Shown here one piece after another: positions 18,566-28,819 of a stretch of 64,000 nt of DNA. The translations under genes and the position numbers were made by a program. Under the pieces are notes generated by a model. The model did not search any database. It saw only the letters and a program-made list of their open reading frames with translations, and had not been told where the DNA came from. How positions within the stretch are numbered: position 1 is the first letter of the stretch; each line of letters begins with the position of its first letter. Source of the stretch: Prevotella sp. (GTDB lineage: Bacteria; Bacteroidota; Bacteroidia; Bacteroidales; Bacteroidaceae); the NCBI GenBank assembly GCA_017474845.1, contig JAFVGS010000016.1, forward strand, positions 2,303 through 66,302, written 5' to 3'.

Positions 18566-19561
18566 TCAGGGCACTTCAACCTTATTGATGATCTTAGATA
18601 CAATCTCCTCACTGGTGATGTTGGCTGCCTCAGCCTCATAGGTCAGACCGATACGATGACGAAGCACATCATGAGCCACAGCCCTCACATCCTCAGGCAC
18701 CACATAGCCACGACGCTTGATGAACGCATAGGCACGGGCAGCCTTCGCCAGGTTGATGCTGGCACGTGGCGAACCACCAAAGCTGATCATATCCTTCAGG
18801 TCCTTCAAGCCATAACGGTCAGGATAACGGGTGGCGAACACGATGTCGGCGATGTACTGTTCAATCTTCTCGTCGAGATACACCTCACCGACGACGGCAC
18901 GGGCCTTCAGGATTTCCTCTGCCGTCGTAACAGGTGTCACCTTCGGCATCTCACCAGCGATATTCTCGCGGATGATCTTCTTCTCCTCCTCAAGAGAAGG
19001 ATAGTCGATGACCACCTTCAACATGAAACGGTCTACCTGTGCCTCAGGCAACGGATAGGTTCCCTCCTGTTCGATGGGGTTCTGAGTAGCCATCACCAAG
19101 AAGGGTTTCGGCAAGCTGAATGTCTGACTGCCTATGGTCACCTGCTTCTCCTGCATCGCCTCAAGAAGAGCACTCTGAACCTTGGCTGGGGCACGGTTGA
19201 TTTCATCAGCCAGCACGAAGTTAGCAAACACCGGGCCTTGCTTCACCTGAAACTTCTCATCCTTCTGTGAATAAATCATCGTACCGATGACGTCGGCAGG
19301 GAGAAGGTCGGGGGTAAACTGGATACGACTATATTCTGAGTCGATCAACTGTGAGAGGGTCTTGATGGCCAGTGTTTTGGCCAAACCCGGTACACCTTCG
19401 AGCAGGATATGCCCATCACTCAACAGTCCGATGAGCAAGGAATCTACCAGATGTTTCTGTCCCACGATGACACGGTCCATACCCGTTGTCAGATTTGTCA
19501 CAAATGCGCTTTGTTGTTCAATCCGAATGTTCAATTCACGGATGTCAATTGCTTCTGCCAT
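18566..19561 (-). CDS. moxR: MoxR family AAA+ ATPase
   Basis: GVPGLAKT, RIQFTPDLLP, DEINRA and ATQNP motifs. Confidence 0.95.
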   Translation of the reverse strand: MAEAIDIRELNIRIEQQSAFVTNLTTGMDRVIVGQKHLVDSLLIGLLSDGHILLEGVPGLAKTLAIKTLSQLIDSEYSRIQFTPDLLPADVIGTMIYSQKDEKFQVKQGPVFANFVLADEINRAPAKVQSALLEAMQEKQVTIGSQTFSLPKPFLVMATQNPIEQEGTYPLPEAQVDRFMLKVVIDYPSLEEEKKIIRENIAGEMPKVTPVTTAEEILKARAVVGEVYLDEKIEQYIADIVFATRYPDRYGLKDLKDMISFGGSPRASINLAKAARAYAFIKRRGYVVPEDVRAVAHDVLRHRIGLTYEAEAANITSEEIVSKIINKVEVP

Positions 19562-19674
19562 AATGATATTCTTTTATTCTTTAATACTCAAATTTATGAT
19601 CAATTTCAAATTTGACCGCAAAAGTAGTGATTTTAAAGGATTATCCATACATCTACGTGACTAAATAATATTAA

Positions 19675-19711
19675 AAAAGTTTCCCAAAACCTAAGTTTTA
19701 AGAAACTTTTT
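19675..19711. terminator. Probable intrinsic terminator
   Basis: AAAAAGTTTC...GAAACTTTTT imperfect hairpin downstream of the HU-domain gene. Confidence 0.55.
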
Positions 19712-19731
19712 CATTATTTCCCAATTCTGTA

Positions 19732-21033
19732 CTATTTTTGGACTTTCAATTTCTTCTTATACACCACTTTGGGAATCATGATTTCCTGTCCTTTTTTTAA
19801 CTTGGAAGTAGTGGTCAGGCCATTAAAGACTTCAATATAGCACTCCATCCCTGGTCCTAATGTTCGATGGGTGATTCGCAGGATGTTGTCGCCTTCATTC
19901 GCCTCTACTTTATAGTCCAGGCCGACGATGCGATAGGCACCAGTCCTGACACGAGCGTCCATTGCCTCGTACTTGTCAAGCTTCACTTCTGCTGGAGCTG
20001 TAGCAACAGGCTGCGGCTTGGGGGCCTCTACGGGTTTCTGGGCTACAGGAGGTTGGGGAGCCTCAACCTTTGCCTCAGGCTGTTTAACGGGTTCAGCAAT
20101 AGGCTTGGCATCTTTCTTCTTAGCAGGTGCTGCCTCCTTGACCTTCTCTGTCTTTAGAGCAGGGACTTCTGTTGGTTCAGTCTGACGACTCCAAGGGAGA
20201 TAATTGCCCAGCAGATAGCCCACCAACAAAGATATCAGACAGGCCAGGAGGACCCTCGGCCATCTCATACCACCAGTAACTTCCTCTTCTTCCTCATCTT
20301 CTTCCTCCTCCATATATACATTCTTGAAAGAAGAATCCTTTACAGATGATTCAACTACAGATTGTTTTACTACAGATGGTTTGTCGTCAGGCTCTTCTGG
20401 CAATACAGGATTGTCTGCTTCCAGCTCTGTTGGAATTTCTGGAGTTTCTTGGATTTCTGGAGTATTCATGACTTCCGAGACTTCCGGGATTTCCGGAGTT
20501 TCCGGAACAACTGGAGTTCCTGGAATAACTGGGGTTTCCGCAACAACCGGGTTTATAGTCTTCTCAGGCTCTACTTTTTCCCCAAGATCTATTGGATCAG
20601 GAGCGATGAAATCCACAAGGGGCATCTCTGCCATACCATTCTCACCTTCATCCACTTCAGGTGTTTCCTCCACATCGGGCGTTTCCTCCTCATTAGATCC
20701 CTTAAAGTCAACCCCATCATTAAGCACGACGGTCTCAAACTGTGAGAAGGGTTTATTGACCAATTCCTTCATCAAAGCATCGGGTGTGAAGGTGATCTTG
20801 TTATGTCCCTCGATAAGTACACGCTCACCCGTATTGACATTCACACTCTCACGGGATTCGACGTCGATGATCTTGAAGGTACCAAGGCCTTTCACCTTAA
20901 CTGTTTTATCCCGCTCCAAAGCCTCACGGACGGTCTCAAACATCATGTTGCCAAAGAGCGTAGCTTCTTTCTTGCTCAGACCGTTCTGGGCAATCAGCTT
21001 ATTGGCAATTTCCTGAATCGTAATCTTTCCCAT
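19732..21033 (-). CDS. HU-domain membrane protein (HU, acidic linker, TM, P/K-rich region, LysM-like C-terminus)
   Basis: VKGLGTFK...NVNTGE...FTP HU motif; TM segment VLLACLISLLVGYLLG. Confidence 0.85.
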   Translation of the reverse strand: MGKITIQEIANKLIAQNGLSKKEATLFGNMMFETVREALERDKTVKVKGLGTFKIIDVESRESVNVNTGERVLIEGHNKITFTPDALMKELVNKPFSQFETVVLNDGVDFKGSNEEETPDVEETPEVDEGENGMAEMPLVDFIAPDPIDLGEKVEPEKTINPVVAETPVIPGTPVVPETPEIPEVSEVMNTPEIQETPEIPTELEADNPVLPEEPDDKPSVVKQSVVESSVKDSSFKNVYMEEEEDEEEEEVTGGMRWPRVLLACLISLLVGYLLGNYLPWSRQTEPTEVPALKTEKVKEAAPAKKKDAKPIAEPVKQPEAKVEAPQPPVAQKPVEAPKPQPVATAPAEVKLDKYEAMDARVRTGAYRIVGLDYKVEANEGDNILRITHRTLGPGMECYIEVFNGLTTTSKLKKGQEIMIPKVVYKKKLKVQK

Positions 21034-21320
21034 CACTCGTCTCCTCCATTCTTTATCTGTTCCTTCCAATTCGCATTGGGCTTGAAGGTCAGCACCAGCT
21101 TGGGCGGAACGAGCATCCGCTGACCTGTCGACGGATTCACCATCACGCGCTCCATCTTCTTCTTGACTTCAAAAGTCCCGAATGTAGGGACAACTACCAT
21201 ATTGTCCTCCTGGAAGTTGTCTCCCATCGTCTCTACGATCACATTGACCATTTTCTGCGTATCCTCGGGCGAATAGCCCGTCTGCTCCGCTAATTCTAAA
21301 ATAAAATCCTTATTAGTCAT
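21033..21320 (-). CDS. HU/IHF family DNA-binding protein
   Basis: FGTFEVK, NPSTG and FKP motifs. Confidence 0.9.
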   Translation of the reverse strand: MTNKDFILELAEQTGYSPEDTQKMVNVIVETMGDNFQEDNMVVVPTFGTFEVKKKMERVMVNPSTGQRMLVPPKLVLTFKPNANWKEQIKNGGDE

Positions 21321-21322
21321 AA

Positions 21323-22627
21323 TCACAGAATGATTGTTGTTCCATATATATCAAATTCCTCCGAGTCGGTAATCAGCACATCATAGAACGCGCCGATAGT
21401 CAGTTCCCTTTCAACAACAGGTATCAGTACCTCCGGATCCACCTCAGGCGAACAGAACTCCGTACGTCCGATATAGTAGTCACCCTCCTGACGGTCAATG
21501 ATCACCTTCAAGGTCTTACCTACTTTCTCGGCCTCCAGTTCCTCACTGATATGCTGCTGGATGCGCATCAACTGATCCAGCCGACGCTGCTTCACCTCCT
21601 CAGGCACATCATCGTCATAGTGCTGTTCTGAATAAGTGCCTTCCTCCTCGGAATAGGCAAAGGCTCCCATCCGTTCAAAGCGTGCCCACTTGACGAACGT
21701 CTTCAATTCCTCAAAGTCCTCCTCAGTCTCTCCAGGGAATCCTACCATCAGGGTGGTACGGATATGGATGCCAGGCACCTCCTTGCGCAGCCGCTCCACC
21801 AGTTCATAGGTTTCCGCCTTGGTCACATGACGCTGCATCCGGCTCAGCATATTGTCAGAGATATGCTGGAGAGCGATGTCAAGATACTTACACACGTTAG
21901 GCTTCTCCCGCATCACCCGCAACAGGTCCCAAGGGAAGTGCGTCGGATAGGCATAGTGCAGACGGATCCACGCCACACCAGGGATATCAGCCATCCGCTC
22001 AATCAGTTCGGGAATATGCTGACGACCATCGATGTCCACACCATAATAGGTCAGTTCCTGGGCAATGACATTGAATTCCTTCACGCCCTTCTTCACCAGT
22101 TGGCGCACCTCATCAAGGATCTCCTCCATCGGACGACTCTGATGACGACCCGTAATCAGGGGGATAGCACAATAGGCACAATGACGGTCACAGCCCTCAC
22201 TGATTTTTATATAGGTATAATGGGACGGCGTGGTGATATGACGATGACCTTCGCACGCCACAAACTGTTCACCTTCCAAATCCTTCAACAAGTTCCGATA
22301 ATTGAACTTCCCATACCAGCCGTCTACCTCAGGAATCTCCTTCTCAAGGTCGGCGAGGTAACGTTCTGAGAGACAGCCCATCACAAAGAGTTTCTCAATC
22401 CTGCCCTCCGTCTTGGCCTGGGCAAACTCAAGAATCGTGTTGATGCTCTCCTCCTTGGCATCGGCAATAAAGCCACAGGTATTCACGACGACGATTTCAC
22501 CTTGTGGGTCATCACTATCGTGGGTACAATGATAGCCGTTGGCCTCCATCAGGCCCATCAGCCATTCGCTGTCCACAAGATTCTTGGAACAACCCAAAGA
22601 GATGATATCAATCGTCTTCTTTTTCAT
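21323..22627 (-). CDS. rimO: Ribosomal protein S12 methylthiotransferase
   Basis: LGCSKNLVDSE, NTCGFI, CxxxCxxC and a TRAM domain. Confidence 0.95.
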   Translation of the reverse strand: MKKKTIDIISLGCSKNLVDSEWLMGLMEANGYHCTHDSDDPQGEIVVVNTCGFIADAKEESINTILEFAQAKTEGRIEKLFVMGCLSERYLADLEKEIPEVDGWYGKFNYRNLLKDLEGEQFVACEGHRHITTPSHYTYIKISEGCDRHCAYCAIPLITGRHQSRPMEEILDEVRQLVKKGVKEFNVIAQELTYYGVDIDGRQHIPELIERMADIPGVAWIRLHYAYPTHFPWDLLRVMREKPNVCKYLDIALQHISDNMLSRMQRHVTKAETYELVERLRKEVPGIHIRTTLMVGFPGETEEDFEELKTFVKWARFERMGAFAYSEEEGTYSEQHYDDDVPEEVKQRRLDQLMRIQQHISEELEAEKVGKTLKVIIDRQEGDYYIGRTEFCSPEVDPEVLIPVVERELTIGAFYDVLITDSEEFDIYGTTIIL

Positions 22628-22630
22628 TGA

Positions 22631-23599
22631 TCATTTAGCATTGAGCGAAGCGCCGAACAGCGAGTCCACAAACTGACGCTTGTTGAACAGCTGCAAGTCT
22701 TCCATCTTCTCGCCGAGGCCGATATACTTCACTGGCACCTTCAACTGGTCGGAGATGCCGATGACCACTCCACCCTTGGCAGTACCGTCGAGTTTGGTGA
22801 TGGCCAATGATGTGATCTGGGTGACGGCAGCAAACTGTTTCGCCTGTTCAAAGGCGTTCTGTCCTGTCGAGCCGTCGAGCACGAGCATCACCTCGTCAGG
22901 AGCCTCGGGCAGCACCTTCTTCATCACTTCCTTGATCTTCTTCAACTCGTTCATCAGACCAACCTTGTTATGCAGACGGCCTGCCGTATCTATCAGCACG
23001 ACGTCAGCGCCATTGGCTTTGGCACTTGAGAGGGTATCGAAAGCCACGCTGGCAGGGTCAGACCCCATCTGCTGCTTCACCACTGGCACGCCTACCCGCT
23101 CACCCCAGATGCAGAGCTGTTCCACAGCTGCGGCACGGAAGGTATCGGCAGCACCAAGATAGACCTTCTTGCCTGCCTGCTTGAACTGCCAGGCCAGCTT
23201 GCCGATGGTCGTGGTCTTGCCCACACCATTCACACCCACCACCAATATCACATAGGGCTTATGGTCGCTGGGCAGGTCCCAGTTGTCCTGATCCTCCGTA
23301 TTGTTCTCTGCCAACAAAGCGGCAATCTCATCACGCAGGATGCCGTTCAGTTCCGATGTACTCACATACTTGTCACGGGCTACACGCTCCTCAATCCTTT
23401 CGATGATCTTCAGCGTTGTGTCCACACCCACGTCGGAGGTGATCAGCACTTCCTCGAGGTTATCCAGCACGTCGTCGTCGACCTTCGATTTTCCGGCCAC
23501 GGCACGCGCCAACTTATCAAATACACTCGTTTTGGTCTTCTCCAGGCCCTTGTCGAGCGTCTCTTTCTTGTCCTTATTAAAAAAGCCGAATATTCCCAT
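22631..23599 (-). CDS. ftsY: SRP receptor FtsY
   Basis: GVNGVGKTTT, DTFRAAA, DTAGR and TKLDGTAKGG motifs. Confidence 0.97.
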   Translation of the reverse strand: MGIFGFFNKDKKETLDKGLEKTKTSVFDKLARAVAGKSKVDDDVLDNLEEVLITSDVGVDTTLKIIERIEERVARDKYVSTSELNGILRDEIAALLAENNTEDQDNWDLPSDHKPYVILVVGVNGVGKTTTIGKLAWQFKQAGKKVYLGAADTFRAAAVEQLCIWGERVGVPVVKQQMGSDPASVAFDTLSSAKANGADVVLIDTAGRLHNKVGLMNELKKIKEVMKKVLPEAPDEVMLVLDGSTGQNAFEQAKQFAAVTQITSLAITKLDGTAKGGVVIGISDQLKVPVKYIGLGEKMEDLQLFNKRQFVDSLFGASLNAK

Positions 23600-23647
23600 A
23601 TTTCTCTAATTAGCGATGCAAAGTTAATATATTTTGGCGAGATGCAC

Positions 23648-23680
23648 AAAAAAAGAGGCCGCAAATTGACTTGCGACCTC
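23648..23680 (-). terminator. Intrinsic terminator of rpmB-rpmG-DUF4295
   Basis: GAGGTCGCAAG-TCAA-TTTGCGGCCTC followed by T7 on the minus strand. Confidence 0.8.
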
Positions 23681-23703
23681 AATTTTTATGTAAAATGTAA
23701 TGT

Positions 23704-23862
23704 TTAGTTCTTGAAGAAGTCCTTGACGGCCTCGTTGGGAACCATCTGCTCGTCGAAGATGTAAGCACCCGTCTTGGGGCTCTTCACCATCTTGATAACC
23801 TTTGTGTAAGCGCGACCATCCTTTGAGCCTTCGTGGAGGGTAGCAACGGTTTTCTTTGCCAT
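23704..23862 (-). CDS. DUF4295 small protein (52 aa, absent from the ORF track)
   Basis: MAKKTVATLHEGSKDGRAYTKVIKMVKSPKTGAYIF...; usual position after rpmG in Bacteroidota. Confidence 0.9.
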   Translation of the reverse strand: MAKKTVATLHEGSKDGRAYTKVIKMVKSPKTGAYIFDEQMVPNEAVKDFFKN

Positions 23863-23898
23863 AGTTCTTTACCTTTTAACTTTTTAACCTTTTCACCC

Positions 23899-24090
23899 TT
23901 ACTTGATCTCCTTGTGAAGTGTCATCTTCTTCAGGATGGGATTGTACTTCATCAGTTCCATACGCTCAGGCGTATTCTTACGGTTCTTGGTGGTGATGTA
24001 ACGGCTGGTACCGGGCAGACCACTGTTCTTCTGCTCAGTGCACTCCAGGATCACCTGAACGCGATTTCCTTTTGCTTTCTTGCTTGCCAT
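23899..24090 (-). CDS. rpmG: 50S ribosomal protein L33
   Basis: [21 protein letters not shown] motif. Confidence 0.97.
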   Translation of the reverse strand: MASKKAKGNRVQVILECTEQKNSGLPGTSRYITTKNRKNTPERMELMKYNPILKKMTLHKEIK

Positions 24091-24111
24091 TGTATTGTTC
24101 CTCCTTAATAA

Positions 24112-24396
24112 TTAGTTCTCAACATTACCCCAGGCAATCACACTCTTCTCGAGCTCATTCCAATTCAGGAAGCCCTTGTCGACGGCCTGACGGATGGCTG
24201 CATCCAGTCCCACCTTGTTAATCATACGGAGACCGGCAGCACTGATCTTCAGTCTGATCCAGCAGTTCTCTTCTACCCAGTAGAACTTCTTGCTGAAGAG
24301 GTTGACATCAAAGCTTCTCTTCGTGTGGTGCTTTGAGTGAGACACATTGCAACCTATCTGTGCCTTCTTTCCTGTAATTTGACAAATCTTAGACAT
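24112..24396 (-). CDS. rpmB: 50S ribosomal protein L28
   Basis: [10 protein letters not shown]...NVSHS...TKR.F..NL motif. Confidence 0.97.
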   Translation of the reverse strand: MSKICQITGKKAQIGCNVSHSKHHTKRSFDVNLFSKKFYWVEENCWIRLKISAAGLRMINKVGLDAAIRQAVDKGFLNWNELEKSVIAWGNVEN

Positions 24397-24514
24397 TTCT
24401 ATCTACTTTTTACTTGTGATTTACACTTACTTATTCCAAACAGGGTGCAAAGGTACACAATTTAATTGAGATTCAAATCACTGTTTGATTGCAAAGGGCA
24501 AGAATTATATTTTT

Positions 24515-25030
24515 TTAACCTTCAAGCACAGGACGGGGCTCGTTTTCCTCCTTCAGGAAGTTCAAAAAGAGCTCCATGGCATGGTTTGTGGCGATGGCCA
24601 GATTGATGTCTCGTCCATGATCTTCCTGCACCATCATCGTCACCACACGATCGGGTCTGCCACAGGCCAGCCAGATGGTTCCGACGGGGATATCCTTCGT
24701 GCCACCCGTAGGACCGGCAAAGCCCGTAGCGGCGATGGCATAGTCCGTCTGCAAAGCCTTGCAGGCACCCTTCACCATTGCGATGGCCACCTCTTCACAC
24801 ACGGCGGTCTTCTCTTCCAGCAGCTGATGGTCCACACCGAGCAGCCGCTCCTTGACCTCATCGACGTATGAGATGATGCCACCCTTGAAATACTTTGAGG
24901 CACCAGGCACGGCAATCATGGCCTCGCCAATCCTGCCACCCGTGCAACTCTCTGCCGTACTTACTGTCTTCTCTGTCTCCCAGAGGATCTCACTGATATC
25001 CCTACTGGTAATCTTACTTTCAAAATCCAT
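24515..25030 (-). CDS. CinA C-terminal domain / PncC NMN deamidase
   Basis: AESCTGG, PGAS and TGFAGP motifs. Confidence 0.9.
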   Translation of the reverse strand: MDFESKITSRDISEILWETEKTVSTAESCTGGRIGEAMIAVPGASKYFKGGIISYVDEVKERLLGVDHQLLEEKTAVCEEVAIAMVKGACKALQTDYAIAATGFAGPTGGTKDIPVGTIWLACGRPDRVVTMMVQEDHGRDINLAIATNHAMELFLNFLKEENEPRPVLEG

Positions 25031-25052
25031 ATCTTTTCAATTTTTCAATTTT

Positions 25053-26144
25053 TCACTTAAACGTCACTTTGCTGAACGCGGGGGCATCGATGGGACAGAA
25101 CTCCTTGTCGAGATACTTATAGTACCCCACGATGCCGATCATCGCGGCATTGTCCGTCGTATAGCTGAACTTGGGGATATAGATGGTCCAGCCATAACGT
25201 TTTGCAGCATCGTGGAAGGCATTGCGGAGTCCGTTGTTCGCACTCACGCCGCCAGCCACAGCCACATGCTTGATACCCGTCTGCTTCACGGCCTTCTTGA
25301 GTTTCTTCATGAGGATGTCGACAATCGTCCACTCCAACGAGGCAGCGATGTCTTCCTTGTGCTTCTCGATGAAGTCGGGATCGTCCTTCACCCACTTTTG
25401 CAGCGAGTAGAGGAACGAGGTCTTCAGGCCGGAGAAGCTATAGTCGAGGTCAGGGATGTTGGGCTCAGCAAACTTAAACGCCTTCGGATTGCCCTGACGC
25501 GCCAGCTTGTCAATGATCGGCCCGCCAGGATATCCCAGTCCCATCACTTTGGAACACTTGTCTATCGCCTCGCCTGCCGCATCGTCGATGGTCTGTCCCA
25601 GCACCTCCATATCGTTATAGGCATTCACCTTCACAATCTGCGAATTGCCGCCACTCACCAATAGACACAAGAACGGCAACGGTGGTATCTTATTCCCCTC
25701 CTGAGCAGGAGGGGTGCCCGTCAGGGCGGGGTGGTCTGATCCGCCTCTATCCCCCTCTGGCTCCCTAATAAAGTGCGCCATCACATGCCCCTGCAGATGA
25801 TTCACGTCTATCAAAGGAATCCCCAAGCTCCTTGCAAATCCCTTGGCAAAGCTGACGCCCACCAACAGCGATCCCATCAGTCCCGGCCCTCTGGTGAACG
25901 CCACAGCCGAGAGCTGTTCCTTCCTGATGCCGGCCTTCTTGATGGCCTGGTCCACCACAGGCACGACATTCTGCTGATGCGCCCTTGAAGCCAATTCCGG
26001 CACCACACCACCATACGCCTCATGCACAGCCTGCGAGGCCGTCACGTTCGACAGCAGCACCCCATCCTTGAGCACCGCCGCAGACGTATCGTCGCAACTC
26101 GACTCTATACCTAATATATATATATCACCCTCCTGAGTAATCAT
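25053..26144 (-). CDS. tsaD: t6A synthesis protein TsaD, with in-frame REP-like insert
   Basis: GIESSCDD, GGVVPELASR, NHLQGH, TIDDAAGE and TDNAAMIG motifs. Confidence 0.96.
   Translation of the reverse strand: MITQEGDIYILGIESSCDDTSAAVLKDGVLLSNVTASQAVHEAYGGVVPELASRAHQQNVVPVVDQAIKKAGIRKEQLSAVAFTRGPGLMGSLLVGVSFAKGFARSLGIPLIDVNHLQGHVMAHFIREPEGDRGGSDHPALTGTPPAQEGNKIPPLPFLCLLVSGGNSQIVKVNAYNDMEVLGQTIDDAAGEAIDKCSKVMGLGYPGGPIIDKLARQGNPKAFKFAEPNIPDLDYSFSGLKTSFLYSLQKWVKDDPDFIEKHKEDIAASLEWTIVDILMKKLKKAVKQTGIKHVAVAGGVSANNGLRNAFHDAAKRYGWTIYIPKFSYTTDNAAMIGIVGYYKYLDKEFCPIDAPAFSKVTFK
25684..25765. repeat. REP-like element (CCCCTCCTG...CAGGAGGGG family) inside tsaD
   Basis: Matches the reverse complement of the intergenic pair at 35703-35807. 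Confidence 0.85.
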
Positions 26145-26172
26145 CTGTAAACTGTATACTGTAAACAAAAAA

Positions 26173-27057
26173 CTAATACGTCAGCACTTCCACTCCGTGC
26201 TCCGTCATCAGCAGCGTATGCTCCCACTGGGCACTGGGCTTCTCGTCTTCCGTGATCACCTCCCAGCCATACGGGTCGTCGGCATCGATGAACACCTTCC
26301 ACGTGCCCATATTGATCATCGGCTCTATCGTAAACACCATGCCTGGCACGAGCAGCATACCCGTCCCGCAATGGCCGTAGTGGTTCACGTCGGGTTCCTC
26401 ATGGAAGGCATTCCCCACCCCATGACCAGCCAGATCCCTCACGATACCATAGCCGTATTTCTTGCAATGCTTCTCAATCGCATGACCTATGTCGCCCGTG
26501 AATCCATAAGGCTTGGCGGCCTCCATACCGATCTCCAGGCATTCCTTGGCCACACGCACCAGCTGTTCCTTCTCTGGCGAGGTCTTGCCGATGATAAACA
26601 TACGGCTGGCATCGGCATAATAGCCGTCGAGGATGGTGGTGAAGTCCACGTTAATGATGTCGCCCTCTTCAAGCACATCCTCCTCCTTGGGCACACCATG
26701 ACACACCACCTCGTTGATCGAAGTACAGACTGACATCGGGAACGGAGGCGTATCCTCGTCGCCGCCATAATTCAGGCAGGCAGGGATAGCATTGTGCTCC
26801 TCACAGTACTTACGGCATATCTGGTCGATCTCCAATGTGTTCATGCCCTCATGGATGGCAGCAGCCACAGCGTCGAGCACACCTGTATTCACCACACCCG
26901 CCCTGCGGATGCCCTCAATCTGTTCTGGCGTCTTGATCAGTTCACGCGTCGGAACCAACTTGCCCTTGTTCTCCCAATACATGATGGTCTTGTCCATCTC
27001 CGTAGGCTCCTGCCCACTCAGGCAATGCCATCTTCTCTTCCTCTTAAAAGCGTTCAT
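26173..27057 (-). CDS. map: Methionine aminopeptidase type I
   Basis: SINEVVCHG, GHGVG..FHE, FTIEPM and SAQWEHT motifs. Start codon uncertain. Confidence 0.93.
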   Translation of the reverse strand: MNAFKRKRRWHCLSGQEPTEMDKTIMYWENKGKLVPTRELIKTPEQIEGIRRAGVVNTGVLDAVAAAIHEGMNTLEIDQICRKYCEEHNAIPACLNYGGDEDTPPFPMSVCTSINEVVCHGVPKEEDVLEEGDIINVDFTTILDGYYADASRMFIIGKTSPEKEQLVRVAKECLEIGMEAAKPYGFTGDIGHAIEKHCKKYGYGIVRDLAGHGVGNAFHEEPDVNHYGHCGTGMLLVPGMVFTIEPMINMGTWKVFIDADDPYGWEVITEDEKPSAQWEHTLLMTEHGVEVLTY

Positions 27058-27073
27058 ACACCTTATTAATATA

Positions 27074-28819
27074 TTACTTCTCTTCCTTGGGGACAAGGTA
27101 TTTGTTGCCGGTTTGGTTCAAGAGTTCACGGAAGTAGGCATCGGGGAAACCTGGACGCACGACCTTCGCGCCACCACCAAACTTGTTGCGGATGAAACGG
27201 CCCTGCTCGTCTGTGGGCTTCACGACGATGTCGTTGTATTTCACGATGAGGAAGAAGGCAAGCTGCTGCCAGCGGCTGATCATCTCGTCACCCTTCTTGC
27301 AGCTGTAGTCCGTCAGACAGGCGATACGTTCCTCTGGAGTAGAGAGTGCCAGCGCCTTGGCCTCAATCTCCGGCTGGAGCTGGGCGTAAGAGGCATCGAG
27401 CGAGTCGCGCACCTCTTTTAATGACGGGAACATCATGGAGTAACGCGGATATACCATATTGCTGACCCAGTTGCACACCCAATAGGCATTGTCCATCGAG
27501 AAGGTCACATCGTCAGCACCCTCACCTGAGAAGCACTTCGGCACACGGGTGATACAGCTATACATCGGCGTATAGGCCACCATATTGCCGTCGTCGTTGC
27601 CAAACCAGAAGCAGGCTCCCACCTCACGGGGCAGCGACGAACGCATCTGGGATATAAACGACCAGGCCGTCTGCTGAGTGGAGATGGGACGCTCGTTGAA
27701 GTACTCCACGTCGTCAACCTTGAAGGACAGCGGCGACGGACGGTAAGGCATCTGGAAGATACCTCCGCCGATGTCGCCCTTCTGGTCGAGGGCAAACGGC
27801 GTTCCCTCATAGTGGTCGCGCATGGCAGCACGCAGATCCTCTAAAGTGACCTTCTTATTGGGGATGATCCAGAGCGGCATCTCCTTGGCGTCCTTCTCGA
27901 TGCCGGCAGCGTAGGGCACATACTCAGAGAAGTCATCTGCAAAGCGGTTGAAGAAGCTCCACACACGGGCCTCACAATAGCGGCGGCCGGAGAAGTCGGG
28001 TTTAGCATAAGCGGCATTATAAGAGAAATCGGCATCCTTGCCCTCAAACCAACCCATCGTGCGGGCATAGCTCACGACATTATCCGAGAAGACGACGAAG
28101 CTTTGGGCATTGAGCTTCTGAGCGTTGCGCTCAGCCTTTGCCATCGCTTTGGGATTCAACAGGTCCTTCATCTTCACCTGCACATAGCGGCCGTCGAGGA
28201 ACTGCGTGATGCGGCTCTGGTTAGCGTGGGCAGCGATAGCATCGTCAGGAATACGGACAGCCACCCAGACGGCGCGTCCCTGTTCCTTCGTGCGGTCAGG
28301 GCCACAACCCATCATCTCCAGCATCCACGCCTCGTCCTTATCAGCGACGGAGAACGTCTCACCCTCAGAGCAATAGCCGTACTCAGCCACGAGCGAGGTC
28401 ATCACCTGCAGGGCCTCACGGGCCGTCTTGGAACGCTGGAGGGCGATATAGATGAGTGAGCCGTAGTCGATGATGCCCGTAGAATCGACCATCTCCTCAC
28501 GGCCTCCAAAGGTTGTCTCGCCGATGGTCACCTGCCACTCGTTGGAGTTGCCGATGACATTCCACGTCTCTGCGGCCTCAGGGATCTCACCCAGATACTT
28601 ATTGGTGTCCCACTCAAAGACCTTGCGCATCTCACCAGCCTCGTGCTTCGCAGCCGGATAGTGATACAGGGGCATGAAGGCACCATAACTATCAGCATTA
28701 TAGGTCACAAACACAGAACCGTCGGCACTGGCCTTCTTGCCCACGATGAAGTTCGTGCAGGCAAAAGAAGTGAGAAGTGAGAAGTGAAAAGTGAAAAGTA
28801 TAAGCAGAATCTTCTTCAT
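27074..28819 (-). CDS. C69 family dipeptidase, secreted
   Basis: Signal peptide followed by the N-terminal nucleophile CT; ETTFGGR, HANQSRI and ERPIS motifs. Confidence 0.9.
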   Translation of the reverse strand: MKKILLILFTFHFSLLTSFACTNFIVGKKASADGSVFVTYNADSYGAFMPLYHYPAAKHEAGEMRKVFEWDTNKYLGEIPEAAETWNVIGNSNEWQVTIGETTFGGREEMVDSTGIIDYGSLIYIALQRSKTAREALQVMTSLVAEYGYCSEGETFSVADKDEAWMLEMMGCGPDRTKEQGRAVWVAVRIPDDAIAAHANQSRITQFLDGRYVQVKMKDLLNPKAMAKAERNAQKLNAQSFVVFSDNVVSYARTMGWFEGKDADFSYNAAYAKPDFSGRRYCEARVWSFFNRFADDFSEYVPYAAGIEKDAKEMPLWIIPNKKVTLEDLRAAMRDHYEGTPFALDQKGDIGGGIFQMPYRPSPLSFKVDDVEYFNERPISTQQTAWSFISQMRSSLPREVGACFWFGNDDGNMVAYTPMYSCITRVPKCFSGEGADDVTFSMDNAYWVCNWVSNMVYPRYSMMFPSLKEVRDSLDASYAQLQPEIEAKALALSTPEERIACLTDYSCKKGDEMISRWQQLAFFLIVKYNDIVVKPTDEQGRFIRNKFGGGAKVVRPGFPDAYFRELLNQTGNKYLVPKEEK

